A stretch of DNA of 64,000 nucleotides, from positions 64,001-128,000 of the IMG/VR virus record IMGVR_UViG_3300014590_000001. One strand, written 5' to 3'. Below are positions 37,251-46,569 of this stretch, piece by piece. A program made the position numbers and the translations under genes. This DNA is from a virus. Lineage: Duplodnaviria; Caudoviricetes. Numbering within the stretch: position 1 is the stretch's first letter; each line of letters starts with the position of its first letter. Under the pieces are notes generated by a model. The model had not been told where the DNA came from and did no database searches. It was given only the letters and a program-made list of their open reading frames with translations.

Positions 37251-37869
37251 TATTCACTCCGTATGCTTCGCGCAAATGATTCATTGCGTCAGTTTGAATT
37301 TGGAAGTAATGATCTTTTGCACGTTGCGTAAAATCAAACGACAGCGTTTCAGGCATATCTGAACAAAGAGAGTTTCGTTTAATACCCTCCATTTCCAGAC
37401 AGCCGATTTTGTGCAGCAACATTAAAGGCGCGTCTTGGAAAACACGCTCGTAGGCAGCACCGTTCTCATAGATAACGAGAAGGCTTGAGCTGTTATTCAT
37501 ACGGCGAGCGTCATCGTCCGTCATTTTCCATCCGGCAGCAATGCGGATTTCTTCTGGATTATCTTTCAACAATTCCGGAAGAAAGTTTCTATTCAGATCG
37601 CGAATGAGATCGCGCATAGAATATGAATTGCGGAGCAGACCCCATTTGTCGTCGATATCGACAGGCATATTTATGCCAGTAGCCCACGCAATAAAACCAC
37701 GCTGAATCAGTTCCATAAACTGATACTTAATCTGACTGTTCAGTTTAGCGAAGGTAACACCAAACTTATCTGCGCTAAACGTCATTCCTCTCTCAACAGC
37801 CTGATCGCTTAGTTTTGCAATAAGAACGGTTATGTCATATGAGACTTGCTGTGCAATCGAAATTGTCAT
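37243..37869 (-). CDS. Hypothetical protein (paralog of 38206..38940)
   Basis: LLVIYENG resembles LLTIFKDG; LREAYG resembles LNARYG. Confidence 0.65.
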   Translation of the reverse strand: MTISIAQQVSYDITVLIAKLSDQAVERGMTFSADKFGVTFAKLNSQIKYQFMELIQRGFIAWATGINMPVDIDDKWGLLRNSYSMRDLIRDLNRNFLPELLKDNPEEIRIAAGWKMTDDDARRMNNSSSLLVIYENGAAYERVFQDAPLMLLHKIGCLEMEGIKRNSLCSDMPETLSFDFTQRAKDHYFQIQTDAMNHLREAYGVNNA

Positions 37870-38225
37870 TTCATTATACCGATTGAGCGATTGGCTTCCA
37901 GCAATTCTAGCGCCACGATTGTGTGGGCTTGCTGCGAACCGAAACGCAGAGTAAGAAGTTTAATGCGCGTCTGTACAAACAGATTCTGGATACGCAAAAA
38001 TTCTTCCAGAATTGCTTCGTCAGAATTTCCATGAGGCGCACACGCCAACTGACCACGAGCAGAATGCTCAATGCCGTGTCGTTGTTGTTCGCGACAAAGT
38101 GCGCCATATTCTGCATCGAAACGATTTGCCATAGCGTACATAGCATCGACCAGTTTCACACTTTTGGAACCCAACAGATCGGCATTGTTTTGCGGGAAAC
38201 GAACTTCAGCCATTTTGTTTTCCAT
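37866..38225 (-). CDS. Hypothetical protein (partial paralog)
   Basis: AMYAMANRFDAEY resembles SMAMMAVHFDAEF. Confidence 0.6.
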   Translation of the reverse strand: MENKMAEVRFPQNNADLLGSKSVKLVDAMYAMANRFDAEYGALCREQQRHGIEHSARGQLACAPHGNSDEAILEEFLRIQNLFVQTRIKLLTLRFGSQQAHTIVALELLEANRSIGIMK

Positions 38226-38940
38226 AACGTGCGTTCAGTTCTTTGACGATACGAACTACCGGACTGTAGAAACTGTCACGCATTTCCTGTCCGAAAGTAA
38301 TACCGCCGTCCTGTTTGTGTTTGAACGAAACCGTATTGTTTAGAATCGACCAGTAGAAAGCATCACGCCAGTACGGTGCAGACATTTGAGTACCGTCTTT
38401 AAAGATGGTAAGCAGTTCAGCATGAGGTGGATCGTTTGGCATGTTGTGGTTGAAGATACAACGCGCAATAGCACACTTGAGGATTCGTTCATCTTCGTTT
38501 TGTGCAAAGAACTCGTCCAGTTGTGCGTTAATGGATTCAAACGCGCTTGCACTATTCAGCTTGCGCATTTCATCGTTGTCTACGATAGGCTGAATGTAAT
38601 CGTATTGATTTTCCAGCACACGAATAGAAAACTCCGCGTCGAAGTGAACAGCCATCATCGCCATACTTGCCAGCGCTTCGTACCCGTAGTCAGACGTGCG
38701 ATCCATAAAGCGGCGCGGATAGGTGATCTGCATTTTGCTTTCGACCAGCGCCATCGGGAAGCCGCGAGTTTCAGTTTCTTTGCGCAGGATAGTGAACAGG
38801 TTTTCAATTTTCTGGACAGCAGAATGTACCAACAACTCAACCGGAGTTTTGATATCAACCGAAAAAGTTTGGGCTTCTTCGAGTGCTTCCATATCATTTG
38901 CAATACGGCAGTTGGTCATACCGCGATTTAATTGTTCCAT
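38206..38940 (-). CDS. Hypothetical protein
   Basis: 244-aa ORF. Confidence 0.65.
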   Translation of the reverse strand: MEQLNRGMTNCRIANDMEALEEAQTFSVDIKTPVELLVHSAVQKIENLFTILRKETETRGFPMALVESKMQITYPRRFMDRTSDYGYEALASMAMMAVHFDAEFSIRVLENQYDYIQPIVDNDEMRKLNSASAFESINAQLDEFFAQNEDERILKCAIARCIFNHNMPNDPPHAELLTIFKDGTQMSAPYWRDAFYWSILNNTVSFKHKQDGGITFGQEMRDSFYSPVVRIVKELNARYGKQNG

Positions 38941-38942
38941 TT

Positions 38943-39110
38943 TTATTTTGCCTTACGATAGTAGTAAACAGCGATCAGCGCAATGAGCGCCGCACTTACA
39001 GCAGGATAGCTTACGATAACTTTGAAGGTTAACGATACAACACCAGCGATAACGCCGATGAATACTGCGAGAAGAATACAAAAGAAAGTTGTGATACCTA
39101 CGTGGTTCAT
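38943..39110 (-). CDS. Small membrane protein (not in the ORF track)
   Basis: 55 aa, MNHVGITTFFCILLAVF...AVYYYRKAK*. Confidence 0.55.
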   Translation of the reverse strand: MNHVGITTFFCILLAVFIGVIAGVVSLTFKVIVSYPAVSAALIALIAVYYYRKAK

Positions 39111-39386
39111 TTAATTCACGCCTGATTGAATTGCTGCGTTAACGATATCCGCGAATTCTTCTGCGTCTTCGCGATCACCGACGATATAAACTTCGGTTCC
39201 CAAACCTTTAATGGTCGGGTACATATCCGAGACATAATGCTTCACGATCAGATGTTTTGTATCTGGCGTGTTTTCGTCAATCGTCTGCTTTATTTTCTTT
39301 TTAAGTGCAGCGAGATTTTCCGCATTATTGTTTTGTTCCAGCTTCTCAACTAAAGCCAGAATGTCATTCAGCTTCTTATTCGGCAT
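39111..39386 (-). CDS. Hypothetical protein
   Basis: GGAG RBS before MPNKK. Confidence 0.6.
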   Translation of the reverse strand: MPNKKLNDILALVEKLEQNNNAENLAALKKKIKQTIDENTPDTKHLIVKHYVSDMYPTIKGLGTEVYIVGDREDAEEFADIVNAAIQSGVN

Positions 39387-39702
39387 CGACAACTTCTCCC
39401 ATTGCCAGAGTACCATTCAGACGGTCAATGCAGATCGCGACGTGGTTACGTTTCTCAATGAACGCACCAAACTGAATGAAGAAATCAAAAGTTGGATCTT
39501 TAACGGTTTCCAGAATCTCTACCGGAATATCACCGTTGTTCAGATACACGTCAACCGTGAGTGGATGATCAAGGTTCAGCATTTCGATCAACATTTCTTC
39601 ATTCAGCAGCGAGATAACACGTTCCATAACTTTGACGCTTGCTGCCTGTGAGAAATCGTAGACAACTGGTTTTGCCGTGCGTAAGTCATTAACTGTAATC
39701 AT
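39376..39702 (-). CDS. Hypothetical protein
   Basis: GGAG RBS before MITVND. Confidence 0.6.
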   Translation of the reverse strand: MITVNDLRTAKPVVYDFSQAASVKVMERVISLLNEEMLIEMLNLDHPLTVDVYLNNGDIPVEILETVKDPTFDFFIQFGAFIEKRNHVAICIDRLNGTLAMGEVVDAE

Positions 39703-39712
39703 AAGTTTCTCC

Positions 39713-39741
39713 AAAAGAAAAGGGATGCACTACACATCCCT
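39713..39741 (-). terminator. Hairpin terminator
   Basis: Minus strand GGGATG-TGTAGTG-CATCCC-TTTTCTTTT. Confidence 0.75.
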
Positions 39742-39753
39742 TATTTACAGTTA

Positions 39754-40767
39754 TTAGAATTCTGAATAGTCGATCCAATCTGCGCAGTCGGCAACAGCAA
39801 ACACATCAATGTCGTCGATGGTAAGCATCATCATATCGTGTTCGTGTTTGAAGACAGGCACAAACGAATCAGTACCGTAAAGATACAACGCCAGATCGCG
39901 AGACAGATTAACATAACCGCCGTTGCCGTCTGCGCGAACGTTCACAATATCCAGCCCGTCATGGTGAGTAGACGGCGCAACGAATGCCGCAACCAAATCA
40001 AAGTTTGGAAGTTGCGAACGATGCGGTGCCAGAATTTCATTGAACTTTGTTGCGAGCATTTGCAGAGTGATATTGCCACTGATTTCAGGCAACACGATTT
40101 CCAGACCGCTCTGAGTCGTGTGAATGTTCAGTTCCAGTTTGTGACCAGCAGCTTCCGCAGCGAGATACGCAGATACCAAAGAGTTTGGACGATAAAACTC
40201 ACTGAGATTTACGCCAGCGCATTCAACCTGAATTCCGGTACGAGTGAATACGTGATTCACGTTTGGAATCATGTTGAACTTTTCTTTCAGTTCGTTATAG
40301 ATCGGAGTGATGATTGATTGCGCCTGTTCGCGCAACTCGTAAAACTTATCACGCGCTTCGAGGTTCCATTTGCGATCACTAACCAGCACAACTGTATCAG
40401 GAGTTGTGAAGACTTCAATATCGTCATGCAGATCCAGCATGTTGCGAAGAATTTGATCAGGAAAAGGCAGGACGAGAGCAACCGAATATGCTTTCTGTGC
40501 GTCAGATCCTCCTACAACTAACGTGATACGGCGATCCTGTTTTTCCAGCAGCACATCTAAAACTTCTTTGCATACTGCCGTCATTGGATCGGTTTCCGGA
40601 TTCGCTTCTTTCCACTGGCGAGAGGAATAGATTTCAGGCAGATAAATTTCAGGTTCGTGAATACGATTCACCTGTTCATCAGTCGGCTGATCTTCTCTGC
40701 GCTTCTGTTCGTGCCAGTTTGCCATCTTCTTTTTCAATTCGTTTGGAATATTCATTTTACCGTCCAC
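39754..40767 (-). CDS. Hypothetical protein
   Basis: 337-aa ORF. Confidence 0.7.
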   Translation of the reverse strand: MDGKMNIPNELKKKMANWHEQKRREDQPTDEQVNRIHEPEIYLPEIYSSRQWKEANPETDPMTAVCKEVLDVLLEKQDRRITLVVGGSDAQKAYSVALVLPFPDQILRNMLDLHDDIEVFTTPDTVVLVSDRKWNLEARDKFYELREQAQSIITPIYNELKEKFNMIPNVNHVFTRTGIQVECAGVNLSEFYRPNSLVSAYLAAEAAGHKLELNIHTTQSGLEIVLPEISGNITLQMLATKFNEILAPHRSQLPNFDLVAAFVAPSTHHDGLDIVNVRADGNGGYVNLSRDLALYLYGTDSFVPVFKHEHDMMMLTIDDIDVFAVADCADWIDYSEF

Positions 40768-41213
40768 TTGAATGCTGAAGTTTTCTTATCTACTTCACCT
40801 AAGAAGGAATCCCAATGCGGCTTTTCCTGAACTTCAAATAACGCCGCTGTATTGTAATTGATTTCGTGCTCTGCCAGCCCCAAATAATAATCACGCAACC
40901 AGATAAATGCCAACATCAGAGATTTCCAGACTTCACTTTCCGTCGGATAAATTCTGGTGCGCATTTCTTTGCCACCGTGGAAATCCATTAGAACGCGAAC
41001 AGCATTGACGTGTTTTTTATTTTCATCAATCACTTCAGTTTCGCGAGCGTAGATACTAAACATTTGGCGAATATCTACGGCAAGAGATTGCACACTGTTC
41101 GAAGTTGAAATAACTCGAATATGACCGTTGTAACTGTGCCATCCGTACTTGCGCAGAAACTCTTCAACGACATGCGGATCGGTGCTGCCGTTCAGTTCGA
41201 TTTTATTTTCCAT
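40752..41213 (-). CDS. Hypothetical protein
   Basis: Start re-assigned to MENKIEL. Confidence 0.6.
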   Translation of the reverse strand: MENKIELNGSTDPHVVEEFLRKYGWHSYNGHIRVISTSNSVQSLAVDIRQMFSIYARETEVIDENKKHVNAVRVLMDFHGGKEMRTRIYPTESEVWKSLMLAFIWLRDYYLGLAEHEINYNTAALFEVQEKPHWDSFLGEVDKKTSAFKWTVK

Positions 41214-41901
41214 ATGCTTCATCCAAATGAGAACGAGAGATAAGAAGGTGTCCGAACTTGCGCAGTTGTTCCTGCATATCGAGATATTCGAACATGGCAA
41301 AAACTTTATAGGCCGGATTGGTCAGCGGAATATTTTTGCTATACAGAATGCCCCAATATTCACGAACATAGTTATCCACTACATCCACGTAGAACGGAAG
41401 AATTTTCTGATCATCCTCGCGTACAGGCATATCAGAAAACGTTACGTCAGGGCAACCGGAAATTTCTGCGCGACGTTTCATGCGATGCAGTATCATAGGA
41501 ATAAAATGATTCTTCATCCAGAAGCCGAGCATATCAGAAGAAGTTTCACCACGCGCAAAGCTACCGCAATTTTGCTGCGCTTTATATAACTTGTTCATGC
41601 CAAAAATTTCTGCGAATGATTTCTGGCGCATTTTGCCAATCGAGTTAATAAACTCAGGATCGGAAGGTTCGACAAAACTAAACAGCACATCGCCCGGACA
41701 AACAACAACGCTTTCTTTTGCGTCAATGAATCCGTGGCTGTGATACTTCTCGTTGCATTGTGGGCAAACATCCGTACCTTTATATTTCGGGTGACGGAAG
41801 TAGCGAACAACAGTACCTTCTCTTTCAGGGGATTCGTTCGGAAAGTCGCCATTGGCAAACCATTGAACATAGGTAGTGAGTCGTAACTCGCGTTGAGACA
41901 T
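41203..41901 (-). CDS. Phage protein with CxxC...HxH metal-binding motif
   Basis: QWF.NGD.P...EG.VVRYFRHP....CPQC....HSHGFID....VCPGD. Confidence 0.65.
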   Translation of the reverse strand: MSQRELRLTTYVQWFANGDFPNESPEREGTVVRYFRHPKYKGTDVCPQCNEKYHSHGFIDAKESVVVCPGDVLFSFVEPSDPEFINSIGKMRQKSFAEIFGMNKLYKAQQNCGSFARGETSSDMLGFWMKNHFIPMILHRMKRRAEISGCPDVTFSDMPVREDDQKILPFYVDVVDNYVREYWGILYSKNIPLTNPAYKVFAMFEYLDMQEQLRKFGHLLISRSHLDEAYGK

Positions 41902-41948
41902 ATTGAAACTCCTGTAGTTTTGAAGGGGAAATTACCTTCCCCTTATAT

Positions 41949-42344
41949 TTACAGTTTTCCAATATTAATAGAAGTGTCTTTGACGTGGGGCAGTTTCACA
42001 ATACCGAGATTGGTCTTTTGCAAAACTGTTTGCGGCAGGAGAATTCTTTTTGGAAACTTCTGAAGTACCTTTCGCCAATACGGTTTCGAGATACATTCAA
42101 ACTTCAGAAACTCTATTCCTTGCTGTTCCTGGTATTCAAACAAAACTTCCAATAGTCCGTATGAAAGTTTGTGGCCGCGCATTCGTTCAGGCACATAAAT
42201 ATATTCGAGTACCGGAATACGATCCACTGTTATCTTGATATAAGGAATATCCTCTTTCTCAATAACAGCGGATTCTTGCGCAGGGAATCCCTTCAAAGTT
42301 AGAAAGGTTCCGGAGTAATCTTCCGAAATATTTCCTTTAAGCAT
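41949..42344 (-). CDS. GNAT-like acetyltransferase
   Basis: LEYIYVPERMRGHKLSYGLL resembles acetyl-CoA-binding motif A (V.P..RG.G). Confidence 0.5.
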   Translation of the reverse strand: MLKGNISEDYSGTFLTLKGFPAQESAVIEKEDIPYIKITVDRIPVLEYIYVPERMRGHKLSYGLLEVLFEYQEQQGIEFLKFECISKPYWRKVLQKFPKRILLPQTVLQKTNLGIVKLPHVKDTSINIGKL

Positions 42345-42651
42345 TGTACAGATACCTTTCTTGCCAAGACGATTTGATGTGTGCTTTATTTACTGTACGA
42401 CGCTCAAGACGAACAATAATCTTTCGCCCTAAGATGCCTACAGATTCAATTTTAATATCACCGTTCGCGTCAAAGACACGCAGCTCTAAAGACGGACGAA
42501 ACATCTGCTTCATTTCCACGGCGCTAAACTCAATCGTGATTTCGTTCTGGCCAGGAATGATTGGTTCGTCGCGCAAATAGTTTCTGTAATCGTAGAAACC
42601 TTTATCCGGAGGCGACATGTTTGCGCCAAAATATCTGAATGGTTGGAACAT
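42337..42651 (-). CDS. Hypothetical protein
   Basis: GAGG RBS before MFQPFRY. Confidence 0.6.
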   Translation of the reverse strand: MFQPFRYFGANMSPPDKGFYDYRNYLRDEPIIPGQNEITIEFSAVEMKQMFRPSLELRVFDANGDIKIESVGILGRKIIVRLERRTVNKAHIKSSWQERYLYNA

Positions 42652-42654
42652 AGC

Positions 42655-42697
42655 TACCTCTCGCAAATAATCATCCCTAATAAATTAGCGAGAGGCA
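42655..42697 (-). promoter_or_regulatory. RBS-sequestering hairpin
   Basis: CCTCTCGC...GCGAGAGG inverted repeat; the 3' arm contains the Shine-Dalgarno 5 nt before the ATG. Confidence 0.6.
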
Positions 42698-42701
42698 AAG
42701 T

Positions 42702-43358
42702 TTATGCTACGCGGCGAATCATTTCGTTCAGTGCTGCCACAACTTCTTCAGCAGGAACATTCGCTTTCAGCATTTCCGACAGTTCGCTTACTTGCGATAC
42801 GCACAACGATTTGCTGGCGTGTTCGAAACCGTCAGCGTTGATCAGCAGACGCAAACACATAGCGCCTGTCTGTACCGCCTCTTCACTGATTTTAACTTTC
42901 AAGTCTTCACGGTCTTCCGGATCTTGCTGATAGTCCAGCGCCGCCTGAAGAGTTTCACCAGCTTCTTCACCGAGAATACCCGCAGCATACACCGCGTCTT
43001 TATTCCAGTTAGGATGTTTCGCTTCGGCTTTAACCAATTCGTTATAGAAGCCGTGCATGTGTTTGGCACAATCCAGATCGTGTTGCGGAGTATCGCCAAG
43101 ATTGAACCAACGTCCGGTGCTGATATAGCGAACAAGTTCGAACGGATCGAAAATCTGGAGTTTCTGACAACGGATTTTTGCGGTAATGCCGTCAGTGTGT
43201 TCGATATAAAAAGGCGAGTGTGTTGCGACAGTGAAAAGATCCATTGCCACAAGAGAACCGACAGCCGGATAAAAGTTTTCAGACAGTTCAATCAGGCCAG
43301 TGCCTACGGATTGTTTGTCCTGCTTCAGATCGATCAGTTTAAACGGATATGCGAACAT
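42702..43358 (-). CDS. Protein with C-terminal MazG-like NTP pyrophosphatase domain
   Basis: AGILGEEAGE.LQA.LD...EEAVQTGAMCLR. Confidence 0.6.
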   Translation of the reverse strand: MFAYPFKLIDLKQDKQSVGTGLIELSENFYPAVGSLVAMDLFTVATHSPFYIEHTDGITAKIRCQKLQIFDPFELVRYISTGRWFNLGDTPQHDLDCAKHMHGFYNELVKAEAKHPNWNKDAVYAAGILGEEAGETLQAALDYQQDPEDREDLKVKISEEAVQTGAMCLRLLINADGFEHASKSLCVSQVSELSEMLKANVPAEEVVAALNEMIRRVA

Positions 43359-43367
43359 TGTTTTGCC

Positions 43368-44099
43368 TTATACTGGAATGGAGTTAACGAGCGTAAGATA
43401 TTCCGCATTAATATCGCGATAGATAGCGTAATAGCCGTCGCGAGTAGGACACGCAATATCGTAGGAGAAATGCTGCGACACATTGATAGCATAAATGTAG
43501 CCGTAGAAAGCAGGTTCATCGCCGTTATCAATTTTGATTGCATCACCGATTTGGAAATTGTTGTACTCAAATTCCATAGCGCCACTAATCATCAGGCTAG
43601 TGATCATAATGCTATGTTGAGTCGGACGCATATCAGTGATTTGTTCACCGAAGAAAGTTTTAGGCCAGCGAATTTCTTTCGGGCATGGCGCAAGTTCTTC
43701 AGCTTCAGAATTTTGCTCAACAACAGTCAGTCGAGTTGTCGGCTGTTTGACTTCTTCCGGATCAACAATCTCCTCTTCGTCGTAAACGTTATCCGGATGG
43801 CGCAGACTTGAGCTAGGGATCATTTTCATTACGGACATTACGCCGCTGTTACCAACAGGGATAGCGATATCGTAACTCACGAATGAACTAAAGCGCACAC
43901 CGATAACAGTTGCGTCAACGAAATGGGAAATATCTTTGTCACTCTGACAGATACCTAAAACAACAGGCTGACCAATTTTGTGTTTGTAGAGTGAGTTGTG
44001 ATCAGCTTGTTTCGCGTCTTCGCAGAATTGAATACGCACGTCGCGAATATTGTCGCGGTGGATTGCTGCAAAGTCAAACCAGTTACGCATGATAGGCAT
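43368..44099 (-). CDS. Hypothetical protein with two small beta-barrel-like repeats
   Basis: HKIGQPV...TVIGVRF....YDIAI and FQIGDAI...YIYAINV....YDIAC. Confidence 0.65.
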   Translation of the reverse strand: MPIMRNWFDFAAIHRDNIRDVRIQFCEDAKQADHNSLYKHKIGQPVVLGICQSDKDISHFVDATVIGVRFSSFVSYDIAIPVGNSGVMSVMKMIPSSSLRHPDNVYDEEEIVDPEEVKQPTTRLTVVEQNSEAEELAPCPKEIRWPKTFFGEQITDMRPTQHSIMITSLMISGAMEFEYNNFQIGDAIKIDNGDEPAFYGYIYAINVSQHFSYDIACPTRDGYYAIYRDINAEYLTLVNSIPV

Positions 44100-44113
44100 A
44101 GAATGTTCCTACG

Positions 44114-44136
44114 AAAAAGGCGACCGAAGCCGCCTT
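44114..44136 (-). terminator. Rho-independent terminator
   Basis: Minus strand AAGGCGGC-TTCG-GTCGCCTT-TTT. Confidence 0.8.
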
Positions 44137-44142
44137 AATAGT

Positions 44143-45237
44143 TTATTTAGTGACGCGGCCTTTAACAGCAGGAAGAGGATTGTAATCTTCCATAGTGAAA
44201 TATTCAGCCGTGATATTTTCCAGAAGTTCTTCCGGAGTCATTGAAAAGATCTTGTCGTCGATACGCAGAATTGGATACTGCATCGGCTCGCCAGTTTTAC
44301 GAACTTTTTCTACCAGCGTCAGGAATTGATCGTATTGTTTGTTCAGCGCTTCCCAATGATGATCGTAAACGTGCGTGTTCGTTGTGTCGAAAGTAATGCT
44401 GCCAATATTCAGGCCGCAATATTTCGCGAACAGATGGAACATCGCAGTGTATCCCGCGACGTTGAACGGGAATCCGAGCAGCGTATCTGATGAACGCAGG
44501 AATACACTCAGGTGCAAACTTTCTTCGAACGATTCACCGTGCGCGTAACGCATGATCGTTTGCTCGTACATAGTGGACGGCAGAACGTTGAATTCGAAAC
44601 CAGTGTGACACGGAGGCAGACCTTGCATGTTCACGTATGCCGGATTGAAAGCCTGAACACGAATGCGACGAGAGCGCGAACGATCTTTAATATCGTGCAG
44701 CGCATTCAGAAGTTGATCAACGTGACCTTCAACCAACATGCGACCGTCTGCCAGTTCAGTAGCTTTACCGCCGCGCTCAACCATGCGCATCATTTCTAAC
44801 GTGTTGCGAGTTTGTTCGGCAACGGTTTTGCAATCTTCGGTACGCGGGAAGATTTTAATGTCAGGCCAACGTCGCCACATAGCGCCGTAAATCGGGCCAC
44901 ACTCGCCATCTTCGTCTGCCCATTCATCCCAAATCTTACTGTTAAGAGAATTGATATTTGTTTCGCCGCGCATGAACCAACAGGTTTCATCTACAGCAGC
45001 AACCCAATTCTTTTTAGCAGACAGTGGCAGAGGAAACGCCGCAGCAGTATTCGCCAGTTGCATTACGCAGCCGGGAACAGTTTGCCAGCGATCTTCTGTA
45101 CGTTTCGGATCTTGTACCGGACGACCTTCTTCGCGAATCAAATCAACACGACCCATATACAAGCAATCGTAATTGTCCAGCGCGTAGGCGTTGAAGTCTT
45201 GCTCACGGCGCAGATCCAGTTGTGGATATTTACTCAT
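44143..45237 (-). CDS. thyA: Thymidylate synthase
   Basis: E..WF..G.TNI, IWDEWA, GPIYG..WR, SRR, LPPCH, RSSD..LG.PFN, HVY..H. Confidence 0.92.
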   Translation of the reverse strand: MSKYPQLDLRREQDFNAYALDNYDCLYMGRVDLIREEGRPVQDPKRTEDRWQTVPGCVMQLANTAAAFPLPLSAKKNWVAAVDETCWFMRGETNINSLNSKIWDEWADEDGECGPIYGAMWRRWPDIKIFPRTEDCKTVAEQTRNTLEMMRMVERGGKATELADGRMLVEGHVDQLLNALHDIKDRSRSRRIRVQAFNPAYVNMQGLPPCHTGFEFNVLPSTMYEQTIMRYAHGESFEESLHLSVFLRSSDTLLGFPFNVAGYTAMFHLFAKYCGLNIGSITFDTTNTHVYDHHWEALNKQYDQFLTLVEKVRKTGEPMQYPILRIDDKIFSMTPEELLENITAEYFTMEDYNPLPAVKGRVTK

Positions 45238-46108
45238 TGGTTCCCTTATCTTCTTCGATGGTAACACGGCTCAGAGCGCACTTCTCAAACTTGTATTGTT
45301 CACCGATATAAATACCGTCAGTGGTTCCAAATACAAGCGTGGTTAAAATTCCGAAGCAGTCGAAAACAACTTCGTCGCCCTGAATAGAATTTACAGTTAA
45401 TGTATCGCCAGAGAAAATCTTCTTATCCATAAGTGCCTGAAGATTTCGCGCACTCAAAATAAGATAGTCAACAGGCGCTCGATCAAAGTTTCGTTGCAGC
45501 AAGAAATTGGTGCGGAAATGGTGCAGCGTGATTGTATGCAGATTGCCTTTCTCGTCGTGATAGTTCACATACGGGCACGGCTGATCTTTATTGGTTACGC
45601 TATCAACTACAGCAAACGAAATTTCTTGTTCGTATTCCATGTGACCTACCGCATTAAATTTTCCAGTAGGTACAGAGAATTCGTGATACCACTTCGAACC
45701 GACAGCAGGGAAATCAATTTTGTTTGCGGCGTAAGCAGCCAACGCGACCAAACGATCCAAAGGAGTTTCAGACGCATTAGATTCATTGTCACGCATTTTG
45801 AACTTGCGAATAAACTCATGCGCCGGACGTGAGTAAATTGCGTATCCGTTAGCCGTCATATAGGTGACAGTAAGAGGCCACTCAATTCCATGAGCGTAAG
45901 AGTTTGACACAACCTGAATGGTATAAAACTTTTCGTTCTTGTAGTGTTGCCAGATAGTGCCTGGAATTAAACGTCCTTCGCGGAACATTTCGCGAGCGAT
46001 TCGTTCGTACTTGCGATTGAGATATTTTTCGCGCAGCAAATAGACCAGCAACAGCGCCATGCAGACTTTGATGAAATAGAAAATAGCTTCGCCAACAGTT
46101 ACAATCAT
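45230..46108 (-). CDS. Membrane-anchored DUF1653-like protein
   Basis: N-terminal TM segment; WQHYKN..Y....V.Y.....YSRP..EF. Confidence 0.6.
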   Translation of the reverse strand: MIVTVGEAIFYFIKVCMALLLVYLLREKYLNRKYERIAREMFREGRLIPGTIWQHYKNEKFYTIQVVSNSYAHGIEWPLTVTYMTANGYAIYSRPAHEFIRKFKMRDNESNASETPLDRLVALAAYAANKIDFPAVGSKWYHEFSVPTGKFNAVGHMEYEQEISFAVVDSVTNKDQPCPYVNYHDEKGNLHTITLHHFRTNFLLQRNFDRAPVDYLILSARNLQALMDKKIFSGDTLTVNSIQGDEVVFDCFGILTTLVFGTTDGIYIGEQYKFEKCALSRVTIEEDKGTNE

Positions 46109-46110
46109 TT

Positions 46111-46560
46111 TTATTCTTCCGGATCAGTAGTCGCGTTTTGAATCGCGTTTTTAATTATTTCGTGAAGATCTTTCAGCGCCGTGTTATTTCCTTTTACGGA
46201 AAGTTGGTGGCGGAAATGCTCACGAACCACATACAAAGTTTCCAGCATTAATTTGCTCCCAGCCATCAGGCGAGCGTTTGCAATATCGGCATCCTTTTCT
46301 TTTGAATGATCGTCACACTCAGAAGAACTTTTGCCGACCAAGAAACGCTTCCCACCTTCGACAGTATAAATCGAATTGCCTTTATGCTGCCAATGGCCAG
46401 GAGAAATATCAAGTGACTCAATTGGAACGAGTTTACGCAGCTTAGGAACTTTGAACGCAACCATTTCCGTGTACTTGAATTTTTCGTTGTTGCAATCGCA
46501 GGATGAAACCATACCGTGATAGATGTGTTCGCAGTTCTTGCATTGATAAAGACGTTCCAT
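46111..46560 (-). CDS. Hypothetical protein
   Basis: N-terminal CKNC...CDC; ANARLMA.S..MLE.L motif. Confidence 0.65.
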   Translation of the reverse strand: MERLYQCKNCEHIYHGMVSSCDCNNEKFKYTEMVAFKVPKLRKLVPIESLDISPGHWQHKGNSIYTVEGGKRFLVGKSSSECDDHSKEKDADIANARLMAGSKLMLETLYVVREHFRHQLSVKGNNTALKDLHEIIKNAIQNATTDPEE

Positions 46561-46569
46561 ACCATTTCC

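Noticed and set aside
42792-43811. 339-aa plus-strand ORF
   Set aside because: It is an antisense shadow of two well-formed minus-strand genes, with no RBS or recognisable motif.
44143-45237. dCMP hydroxymethylase or another base-modification enzyme
   Set aside because: It has the dUMP-specifying Asn (PFN) and canonical ThyA motifs, and no modification cluster is nearby.
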